Virus record (IMG/VR): IMGVR_UViG_3300025141_000033 | Reading direction: 5' to 3' (one strand) | DNA from: an uncultured virus (IMG/VR IMGVR_UViG_3300025141_000033) | Lineage: Duplodnaviria; Heunggongvirae; Uroviricota; Caudoviricetes | DNA length: 64,000 bases | Shown: piece after piece, positions 56,601 to 64,000 of the stretch | Numbering within the stretch: position 1 is the stretch's first letter | How the letters are laid out: each line of letters starts with the position of its first letter | Position numbers and translations under genes: made by a program | The notes under the pieces: generated by a model | Databases searched by the model: none | Told to the model about the DNA's origin: nothing | The model's input: only the letters and a program-made list of their open reading frames with translations

Positions 56601-59600
56601 CATCATGTGTTTTCGTGAGTATAGCGCTGAGCGGAAGAGATTGGCGGCGCGTTGCGGGGCAGTGACCGTAGCTGAGCTGGTTACGAAAGAGAAGGTCTCT
56701 GACTGCAGCTCACCAGCCGAAGCTGAGGAAGCCAGATCTTGGTCGGCGGCGGGGGAAGTAACTACTATCGGTCCTGTTCTCGTCAAGAAGTCGGTTGGAG
56801 CGTCAAGTGGCCACGCGCTTTGGGAGACCTCAGCAGCAAGCGAGTTAGAGAAAGTTGATCCAAGCGTGTATCTATCAGACTGGGTGTCTCGCCAGTACAA
56901 GTTGTCGAACCCTGTTCTCTCTACCGTGCCTGATGCATATTCGTTTCGTAAAGAGGGGAACAGGTTCTCTGAATATGAGACCCAGTTCAGTCCGTAAGAA
57001 GTGTTTGCTCCCACAACGCCGATAATCTGATCGTAAGATGTGGAGGTCTTATCGAGAAGAATGTTTGCTTGGTTGTCCATCACTGAAGTGTTGAAGCCGA
57101 TCTTCTCATTGTTGTGAGATATTTTCAGTGTCATCGCGAGTCCATCTTGACGAGGAAGCTGTGGAGCGATGTTGACCTTTACTGGCTTTCCGCGAGTAGA
57201 GACTGGGCGCAGAGCGTGACGGGTGAAAGTATCCCCGTTCACAACAGAAATGATATTGTCCTCTTTCTCGCGCATAAGGATTGGATGGTCTTGCTGTCGC
57301 GTTGCTGTCCAGTTCCAGCCATAAGTGGATTGGCGGCGCGTGAGAAGGAGGTTGAGGTAATCGTCTTCAAGCAGAACAGGGTTTGTTAAAGCCGGGTTGA
57401 TGTAAGATGAGTTGCCTATGGCTGGGTCGTAACCGATACTGTTTGCGGAAGAGCTGACTGGATCTTTGGTAAGAGTGTTTAAGCGTGTCGTTGGTTGCTC
57501 AATAAATTCGGCTGGGAAGCGGTCACTTGCTGTCACGAAGTTGAAGAACGGCACATAGGAGCTTCCGGTCTTGTAATTGCCGTCGTTAAGTCCTCGGCCG
57601 AGGCTGTAACCGTAGTAACGGAGGTCGTCGGAACCTGATGCGAGAGAGGATGTGAACCACGAGTATTGGCGATCAGAGCGAGGGATCGGGTGTTGGACAT
57701 TAAAGTTGTCGAAAACATCTCTGGCTATGACGCAATCGTACACGCTCCCTATCTCGCTACCCGTGCAACCGGCGAGCACATCAGTGGTGAAATCAAGATT
57801 AAGATCGTAGGTTCTTCGAGAGGTTGGCAACAGGTGAGCGCCACCAACAATATCGTTGATGATATTGCCTGCACTGCTGGCTGTTACTGAGGCAGCGCCG
57901 GAGCCGAGGGCGTCGGCACCTTCGCCGAGGCGCCACCAAGACATAAGGTTTCCGACCTGAGGGGAGTCAGACCCTGTCAAGTCACACGGGATCCCGCCGT
58001 TATAGAGTGCAAGGACCTCGCTATCATTCAATTTTACATTCCACATTCCCACCTCATCGGCAGAACCAGAGTATTCGTATGCGTTGAATTCGTTGATAGG
58101 TCCAAAGAAGGTAATAGGAGAGGTCACATTGAACCCCGAGTGCTGTCTAAAGTTTGATTTGGCAGCTGAACCGCTCTCAAACCAGTTAAGCGCACTGTCT
58201 CCAGTAGGAGTCGATGAGTAATTCACCCCATCGATGTAGAAGTCAACGTCAACTGATGAGGAAACTGTGCCGTGGGTGGCAGTGAACGTGAACACAAAAT
58301 GCTTCCAGGCAAGCGATCCCGTAAGAAGATCGGTATCAGTTATCCATTCAGTGATTGCGTCTGATCCGGCACCATCGGTTGTCGCCAATTCGTAGGCGAT
58401 CTCGCCGCTTGTGCCTCTCCTCATTTGATGAATTTTCGTTGAGCCTCCACCAGTTTCTTGGCCTATTTCGAAAAGAGCGCGCACAGAGCTATCATCGGGT
58501 ACTTTTATCCAAGACTGCCACGAATAGGCGACAGTGCTGCCAGAAGCAATTGCGTATTCAGCGTCAAAGAGTCTCTCACTTCTCTTCGTGAGATTCTCGA
58601 TCAGAAGAACGTTGCCATGGTTTGCTCCATCCGCTGAGGCTGGCCAGATGACTCCTGATAAGTTGGTCATTCCAGGAAGGGTAGTCGTGCTGCCACAGAT
58701 CCCATAAACTGATGTTTTGAGAGGGTTGCGGTTGACCTTGTGAAAACTTGGATACTCGGTGGCTGTGGTGCCAGGATTGGTGACCAGTAGAGAATCTCGA
58801 CCAAAGCGAGCAGAGTGACGAGCGAGGTGAGAGCGAAGCCCAAAGTCCTTGCCGTGGATGTCGTATACGCGGATACCGGGAGTGCCTGCGCCTGTTGGCT
58901 CAGAAATGGAACCACTTGGCCCCTGCGAGTGCTTCTTGACGCTCAGGTTACGATAGTTGAGGGCGTTGTACACCGAGAACTCGGATGCCCTGAAATCACG
59001 GTAGCCTTGTCCGAGAGTATCGATACCACCGGGAGCAGAGAAACGTGAGGAGAAGACGGTCTTGTTGGTGGCGCCTGTGAGGTAGCCGGTGGAGTATTCA
59101 GATAGTGCTGTATGGCTCTGTTCTGTTCTTCTTGTGTCTCCAAAAGCTCTTGCCTGCGTAGCACCCGTTGTGTTATTTTGGAACAGTTCTGCGGGCAGTG
59201 TGGGCTGGTTGTCGATAAACTGGCGAGGGTTAGAGTATGCTCCGTGAGTTTGGACGACCTCATAGTTGCGGTTGTAGTTGCCGAGGATGGTTGAGCCCGT
59301 GGTGTGATGGATGTTCTTGATGTTGACGGGACGCTTGGCTGTAAAGTCTCGATAGAAGACTGCCTTCTGGGAGGCGGTCATTGGATAGGGGACTTCTCCG
59401 ACGGCATTCGCTTCGGGCCACGGATAGTCAGCACCAACCATCGCCAAGGCGCCAGAGGGATCAAGTGTGCCGATCAGCATCTTCCACGCTTCGGGGCGAG
59501 TCATCCAGTTGTCTGCGCCTGTGTTCAGCTTGACGTGGCGAGACTGGTGGCCACCGACGGCATAGTTGGTGAACGGTCCCTGCATCGGGCGCTCCCCATC

Positions 59601-62600
59601 TTCACCGTATACGTCGTTGTGGAGATTGGTGATTTCAACACCGCTTGTAAGCCCAGACACGACAGCGGCGTTGTAGCCGGTGGTGACCGAGGAAGAGATG
59701 ATGTTGAAGGGGTAAGCGTAGGAAGACTTGGCGTTCGAGTACCCGCGCCCCTCTTCCCAATCACGACCGTGGTTGACCTTGATTATCCTTCTAACCTTCT
59801 TTCTTGGATCAGCAGGGTCCACTGAGTCCGCAAGGGGGACAAAATCCGCAACGAAGCTGAAAAGGACGTTCTGGGGGACATAGCCACCGCCCTCCGTGTT
59901 GACTGGACCAGCGGGAGCCAAAGCGTTATACGTGAACTCAAAGCTCTTCTCTTCTGGAAAGTTTGTTCCGCCTGCGAGGGCTGTGCTCTCTTTGACATCT
60001 AATTTGTATGGGCGGGCGAGCTTACGGTGGACGAAAGTAGAACCTTCGTATGTCGTGCCGCCGACAGTTGTGAGGGTCGTTGAAGGGGTGTTGTTCAGGT
60101 TGTTGGAGGATTCCCTGATGGCATCACGATTCTGATCAACAGCCGAGTCGCCAGAAGAGATGGTTGCTGAACCTGCTCTCTCTGCTCTCTCTCGCCACCA
60201 AGGCGAGTGTTCGTTCTGTTGTTCGGATGATGGCGAGCTGTTGAGTCTCCAGTTAAGGAGTTTCTCATTAATGCCAAGAATAGGGAATTCGGGCTCTGGA
60301 GTGATAAACTCAAGTGTGGGGAACTTCGTCTGGTATTTGTTGCGCTCCAGGACGTGGCTCTCGACCACATTATTCATGTCGGGATCAAACTCAGATGTTG
60401 CCGGAGTCAGCTGAGCCACCACGATTGACAATGCATCGTCAAACCACTTATAGTAGTCGATAAATTTCTCAACGTCGGAAACACCATCCACCTTACGGAA
60501 GAAAATCTCTCTAAGCTTCTCTAAGCCCTTATAACGATCGCGATATCGATTAACTGGTGCGCCAATGACATTGTTGAAGTCAACCGCGCCGGCGAAGAAC
60601 TTAAGCATTTCTTCAGAAATCGAAGCGTACATGCTCTTCTCGAATGCGTAATAGTATTTCGGAGGAGAGGGATCAGAGTCTCTAACAACAGCGCTAGTTT
60701 CGCCAAGGGTGATCATATTTGAAGAATTGACGTTTTCTGGATCGATAAACTTGTAAGAGCTAACTGGTTCTTTTACAACCACCTGTGTCGCTGATTCTCT
60801 AAATCCTATGGCTTTACCTGTGTTCTGGTATCCGGAGATGCCACCAGCCCAGCCATAGCTGTTGCGAGTCTCCGCAGAACCAGAGGACATATCTGTGACA
60901 TAGAACTCACCACTGGGGTTCGAGCCTGTGACATCGTCGAATGTCCAGTTCAAGGCAAGAGTGTTCAAATTGGTAATATTGCTCCCATCATTATTGGGAT
61001 CTATTGGAGATATTCTCTGGTTTGCGGCCGAGATACCAGCGTTATCGATATCATATAGGTGTTGCTGCAGATCGCTGTCCGAAATGTATTTTGTCCAATA
61101 TTTGACATTGGAGATCAAAGCGTCTGTTCTGTTGATGACAGAACCAGTGGTGTTGGTTCTGCGGGCACCAGCATATACTCGCTTGGGAGAACGTAGGAAC
61201 TCTTGCCCCGTAGTTTTACCAATCGATGCTGTGACTGTGAATTGCTCGTTTACTTCACCAGAGAGAGTGTTGTATCCCTGGAAGACAATGTCGTAATTGT
61301 AATCTGACGATCCCGTAACCATATCTGTCAGCCCAAAGTTACTTGGCTTAACACGAACAGAGATGTTCCAGCGATCATTGTCGTATGCGTCGAAGAAGAC
61401 ACTTGAGGTGAGTTCCGGAATCGGATAAGGGGAGTTAGAAGAGGACAGTCGGAAATAAACGTTCTTTGAATATGGCGAGTCCCTAACAGCTTCAACTTGG
61501 AAGTTAGCGTAGTCAGTGGCGAGCCATGTTGTATCAGCTGGAGCTGTTGGGTCTGCTGTGTGCATGCCGAACAAGGAGGCTGTTACCAGCGTGCGGTCAA
61601 ATTTATCGTTACTTCGTGTGAAATACGGAAGGGTGACATCCGCTTCAAGAGTAAGTCCATACTTGTCCTCATAACCCGGGCCAGAGACACCGGAGCCAGA
61701 AATGTACCCCAAAGATTCGGAGTTAGACGGATCTGCTGACTGATATACTACGGAGTCCAGCTGTAAGGCATCATTAAAATTAAGAGAGGCTTTGTTCGCG
61801 ATGGACTGCCTGAGGTTGTCTTCTATGTTGTATACCCTGCTGTCTGCGGTCACTTTGAGGCGGACGAGGCTGTCATCAAGATAAAAGCATCTTAAAACAT
61901 TACGAATAGCTTTTTCGGTACCCTTCGCCTTAAAAGTTCCAGCTAAGTTGTTATAAAGATTAATATAAATTAGATTCTTGATATTCTGAATATCGCCTTC
62001 AAAGACTTTGTCGTTATTGCGATTTAAAAATTGTTCAAGGACATCGGCATCAACAAACAGCTCTGGTGTCTGTAAGCCGAGAGATTGCGGGAAGTGTTGT
62101 GCGAATGATGGAGGCTGGCTTGAAGCACTAAGGTACTCCATAGATTTCACCTGTGAAACCTCTTGGACCTGTAAAAATAGCTTGTCCAGATACGAGCCGA
62201 CTATGTGAGAGAGCCCTGTGAGGTTTGTATTCCCTCTGTTCTCGTGCTCCTCTATGACCCACGACGGAGCCAAGTTAGAGAAAGCAGCATTATTGTTAAG
62301 ATCGTAGTCCGATCCCTGGTCTACCAAGAGAGTAGTCAGAGATGAGACTTCCGGGTGACTGGCATAAATGATCGGATCTTTAAATTCGGTGGCAGAGGCG
62401 GCAGCTTCTACAATTGCCGATGATGTAGATCTCGAATTGGTGTCGTAGCCGGTCCAACCACCGTTACCGAGGCGGCCGCTGTAATCCAGAACGACGCTGT
62501 CAACATTCGAATCCCCCACTACTCCTTCGTTGAATTTATAGTACAGACCAAGAGAGGCGTTAGAAAGATCAGTGTTGGCACCACCACGAACGTTAGTGAA

Positions 62601-63719
62601 CCAGTGGCGTCCGATATTTTGATTCGTGCGGGCAGTTTTCCAAAAACGAAATTCATCCATAGAGCCAGAAAGCTTTCCAGCGGATACAGGAGCTGATGAC
62701 CCCGATGGGGAGGAGGCGAGAGAGCCCAAACGCCCTATCATGTTCTTCGACTTAAGTTCGTCGATTGCTGATCCGGCGAAAGTGTTAACCACATCGAGGG
62801 CGCCGTTTACGAAGGTATGCACTTGCAAATCACTTCCGGAGTTGATCAGTTTAAACGCATAATGCGAAAAGGTGCTAAGCGACCCAGATGTCGGAGAAAC
62901 TCCTACCTCTTGCTCAAAGACACCGGATGTGCCTGACTGCGCTGTTATTCTGAAGGGAGTGCCTGAGGCTGCGCCAGAGAGACTTAAAGTTATGCGACCA
63001 TAATCCGCGGAGGAGGAGATCTCGTTGTTCCAGATGTCAAAAATAACTTCTTTCTCAGTCTTTGAAACATCAAATGCTTCCTTCTTGAGCCAGAATTCAA
63101 TGGTAACACCATCGTTAAGATCGGTTCTAAGATTAGAAGTTCTGGTTCCGCTGCCGTACCCTGACGGAAGCCCTGCGGAAGTGTAAATGTCCTCTTCATA
63201 GACGTTCGCTGTTGTTTTGTTTGACGAGCCGGGGTTGCCGAATAATTCGGGCAAGCCTGAGGAGCTTGTCGCTATGGTGTTCGGTCCACCAACGAAGGAA
63301 ATATATTCTAAGTCATTTGGCAAGCCATACCCGTCAATTTGAGAGCCGTTTAAGCTCCCCCAGCCATCTGCGGAGAAGTTGGCGTAGCCATTAGTGCGAG
63401 GGTACAAGCTATTAAATATATAGCGTTCAATACCAAGAGATTTGTTTAAATATTCGTTGTATTCTGCTTCTGAGCCATCGTAGGGATAGAATTCCTGAAT
63501 TCTTGAGATTGCTTTTTCATAATATAACTTAGCTGAGCCATATTTTACAAAGTTTGCAGGATCGGAATAATCGACCTGTGGAGTATAAGTATCGTGCGAT
63601 ATCGCCACCTGCTCTACATTGCGCTCAGACTCTACATCACTAAAAGCATCCTTCTGATTTTTATCGGAAAGATATTTGCGTGATTTATCCGGGGATCCAA
63701 AAAGTTTCTTAATACTCAT
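53658..63719 (-). CDS. Giant (3353 aa) baseplate/adhesin protein with LamG-like domains
   Basis: LamG-type motifs (VTIEFWLK...DEFRFWKTAR; SWQSWIK...WKHFVFT...DEVGMWN); wedge-like KAKGTEKAIR. Confidence 0.65.
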   Translation of the reverse strand: MSIKKLFGSPDKSRKYLSDKNQKDAFSDVESERNVEQVAISHDTYTPQVDYSDPANFVKYGSAKLYYEKAISRIQEFYPYDGSEAEYNEYLNKSLGIERYIFNSLYPRTNGYANFSADGWGSLNGSQIDGYGLPNDLEYISFVGGPNTIATSSSGLPELFGNPGSSNKTTANVYEEDIYTSAGLPSGYGSGTRTSNLRTDLNDGVTIEFWLKKEAFDVSKTEKEVIFDIWNNEISSSADYGRITLSLSGAASGTPFRITAQSGTSGVFEQEVGVSPTSGSLSTFSHYAFKLINSGSDLQVHTFVNGALDVVNTFAGSAIDELKSKNMIGRLGSLASSPSGSSAPVSAGKLSGSMDEFRFWKTARTNQNIGRHWFTNVRGGANTDLSNASLGLYYKFNEGVVGDSNVDSVVLDYSGRLGNGGWTGYDTNSRSTSSAIVEAAASATEFKDPIIYASHPEVSSLTTLLVDQGSDYDLNNNAAFSNLAPSWVIEEHENRGNTNLTGLSHIVGSYLDKLFLQVQEVSQVKSMEYLSASSQPPSFAQHFPQSLGLQTPELFVDADVLEQFLNRNNDKVFEGDIQNIKNLIYINLYNNLAGTFKAKGTEKAIRNVLRCFYLDDSLVRLKVTADSRVYNIEDNLRQSIANKASLNFNDALQLDSVVYQSADPSNSESLGYISGSGVSGPGYEDKYGLTLEADVTLPYFTRSNDKFDRTLVTASLFGMHTADPTAPADTTWLATDYANFQVEAVRDSPYSKNVYFRLSSSNSPYPIPELTSSVFFDAYDNDRWNISVRVKPSNFGLTDMVTGSSDYNYDIVFQGYNTLSGEVNEQFTVTASIGKTTGQEFLRSPKRVYAGARRTNTTGSVINRTDALISNVKYWTKYISDSDLQQHLYDIDNAGISAANQRISPIDPNNDGSNITNLNTLALNWTFDDVTGSNPSGEFYVTDMSSGSAETRNSYGWAGGISGYQNTGKAIGFRESATQVVVKEPVSSYKFIDPENVNSSNMITLGETSAVVRDSDPSPPKYYYAFEKSMYASISEEMLKFFAGAVDFNNVIGAPVNRYRDRYKGLEKLREIFFRKVDGVSDVEKFIDYYKWFDDALSIVVAQLTPATSEFDPDMNNVVESHVLERNKYQTKFPTLEFITPEPEFPILGINEKLLNWRLNSSPSSEQQNEHSPWWRERAERAGSATISSGDSAVDQNRDAIRESSNNLNNTPSTTLTTVGGTTYEGSTFVHRKLARPYKLDVKESTALAGGTNFPEEKSFEFTYNALAPAGPVNTEGGGYVPQNVLFSFVADFVPLADSVDPADPRKKVRRIIKVNHGRDWEEGRGYSNAKSSYAYPFNIISSSVTTGYNAAVVSGLTSGVEITNLHNDVYGEDGERPMQGPFTNYAVGGHQSRHVKLNTGADNWMTRPEAWKMLIGTLDPSGALAMVGADYPWPEANAVGEVPYPMTASQKAVFYRDFTAKRPVNIKNIHHTTGSTILGNYNRNYEVVQTHGAYSNPRQFIDNQPTLPAELFQNNTTGATQARAFGDTRRTEQSHTALSEYSTGYLTGATNKTVFSSRFSAPGGIDTLGQGYRDFRASEFSVYNALNYRNLSVKKHSQGPSGSISEPTGAGTPGIRVYDIHGKDFGLRSHLARHSARFGRDSLLVTNPGTTATEYPSFHKVNRNPLKTSVYGICGSTTTLPGMTNLSGVIWPASADGANHGNVLLIENLTKRSERLFDAEYAIASGSTVAYSWQSWIKVPDDSSVRALFEIGQETGGGSTKIHQMRRGTSGEIAYELATTDGAGSDAITEWITDTDLLTGSLAWKHFVFTFTATHGTVSSSVDVDFYIDGVNYSSTPTGDSALNWFESGSAAKSNFRQHSGFNVTSPITFFGPINEFNAYEYSGSADEVGMWNVKLNDSEVLALYNGGIPCDLTGSDSPQVGNLMSWWRLGEGADALGSGAASVTASSAGNIINDIVGGAHLLPTSRRTYDLNLDFTTDVLAGCTGSEIGSVYDCVIARDVFDNFNVQHPIPRSDRQYSWFTSSLASGSDDLRYYGYSLGRGLNDGNYKTGSSYVPFFNFVTASDRFPAEFIEQPTTRLNTLTKDPVSSSANSIGYDPAIGNSSYINPALTNPVLLEDDYLNLLLTRRQSTYGWNWTATRQQDHPILMREKEDNIISVVNGDTFTRHALRPVSTRGKPVKVNIAPQLPRQDGLAMTLKISHNNEKIGFNTSVMDNQANILLDKTSTSYDQIIGVVGANTSYGLNWVSYSENLFPSLRNEYASGTVERTGFDNLYWRDTQSDRYTLGSTFSNSLAAEVSQSAWPLDAPTDFLTRTGPIVVTSPAADQDLASSASAGELQSETFSFVTSSATVTAPQRAANLFRSALYSRKHMMSSPYSVVSPNGVVVPETGSLSPFTDNGFEAASQIDIYAGEAMWEANTQAGIVVNLDSTSQFISHPSNPWFTDYDAYKHDLKLISKDSGIIPEFRISEHIEDYINYGILSSTGSESMLEIVGTDINSSQDDFYIDYSNSEFMSGFLGIKEDVSNLLKAKEIKLTCKATTRFNPYKGFYPAQRTLDLVSQFSRSYASSVGCAFAGNPSRNLFASADGHEGGWSKPLAEKLFAPGILYNTIKSGIAVDYPMISDITKKYDSYYSASSDTDNWAIDGTNFGNDYWDYRIPFETMLSPEKHLQGKQFFCEEPHPSASVPTTASWNGSDNDSIYSKMAENFFGSVGDFFLSEGTYTKIKSGIISTAMTFESGAVYGARVKMRKSNTGIRSYDYESGSAGDNTGYSFLGATQFLSSSVATTASFGTSGSYPLPQDPRQNPDFKESFTMYSRPSSFGPPCSGRGAFDAAHDDLTIAASPVDSFNGFNWSFTPPYYNGEAWADLIFRPDHTRTYTLEQIISQIETSFRRVDPGPPAGGIPLSGTLGTSVTTGSTLIRDGYAGSISRELIYAGNNVNGNAMQISASVNLFGVEDVFKTTFDEQGNPQTNTNESIGKRWVIQPKFETPMLNFNDGGIHPISEADGTLSNPQNFGSASVPRGMWHQFGVIPQEASKGIFLEVSDIPSEWLQYHYDVTDNNSMYNDNDAATNGALVYKNMKSLTAIMGFDKTPNTDPLRSLSSAPTVNSSNGASVRLGEIAESRTIKEAVVAVPYVVPSIPDGDRLAASSDSETHKKFFSIPPERWAAAQMSPSSVMGSSLDAAGASIRKLAQKMGRYVLPPQFDFLNVSSVEPVVMYMFEFEYKLDRDDLSYIWQNLAPRNYQKIEKQEQSIAHELMDMELLNEDSLFDSEQIRWMVFKVKQKANANYYDKVATQANESVGSELTPVLQAASDGSATGYDLSFNWPYDYLSIVELIKMDAEVLFSKDDEDDT

Positions 63720-64000
63720 ATGCTTCTACTCTGAACCTGAACGTTTCTTCTTGCTCTGACCAAGAGCTTATGGTATCATCATATACCGAGAAGCGGATCC
63801 CATACTCGTAGCCGGGCTCCAATAAGGACATATCTAAATCAAAGTAGTTGCCGGAAACATCGTATGAAAGCATAGTATGCAGATCCGAACCTGTTCCGTA
63901 TGGCACTGCCTCCTGGGCATCTATGGTACGGAACACACGATAAGATGCAGATGGGATGGGCAATGCGGGAACCTGTGCTGAAGCCTTTGCGTACACTGTA
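63709..64000 (-). CDS. 3' end of a structural-type gene (partial)
   Basis: Open to the window edge; contains LSYDVSGNYFDLDMSLLEPGYEY. Confidence 0.55.
   Translation of the reverse strand, partial: TVYAKASAQVPALPIPSASYRVFRTIDAQEAVPYGTGSDLHTMLSYDVSGNYFDLDMSLLEPGYEYGIRFSVYDDTISSWSEQEETFRFRVEAYEY

Noticed and set aside
1..64000. Stop-codon reassignment, introns or inteins, tRNA genes
   Set aside because: Standard-code ORFs tile the minus strand densely using all three stops. Terminase, portal and primase look uninterrupted. No intergenic gap shows a tRNA cloverleaf by eye.

Overview
This is a 64-kb segment of a large, uncultured-type myovirus with distant T4-like morphogenesis genes. Essentially every real gene is on the minus strand. 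In transcription order (high to low coordinates) it contains: a baseplate/adhesin block including a 3353-aa LamG-containing protein; a DNA-metabolism island (RuvC-like resolvase, primase, single-chain Mre11-Rad50) with sigma70-like promoters; a holin/spanin-like trio; a tubulin/FtsZ-family GTPase; small ORFs sharing an 'MKITKxQL..IKE' leader; large terminase, portal and prohead protease; ribosomal protein bS21; four fibre-like genes sharing a C-terminal module, one of them a 1037-aa repeat coiled coil; a stand-alone Smr protein; scaffold and major capsid; neck, sheath, tube, a chaperone pair with a U7 slippery site, tape measure and hub; and the 5' part of a family-A DNA polymerase-like gene missed by the ORF track. 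A recurring (A)CTA(T/A)TTA motif precedes structural genes. I saw no tRNA, rRNA, CRISPR or transposase. All product calls come from motifs recognised by eye, not from database searches.
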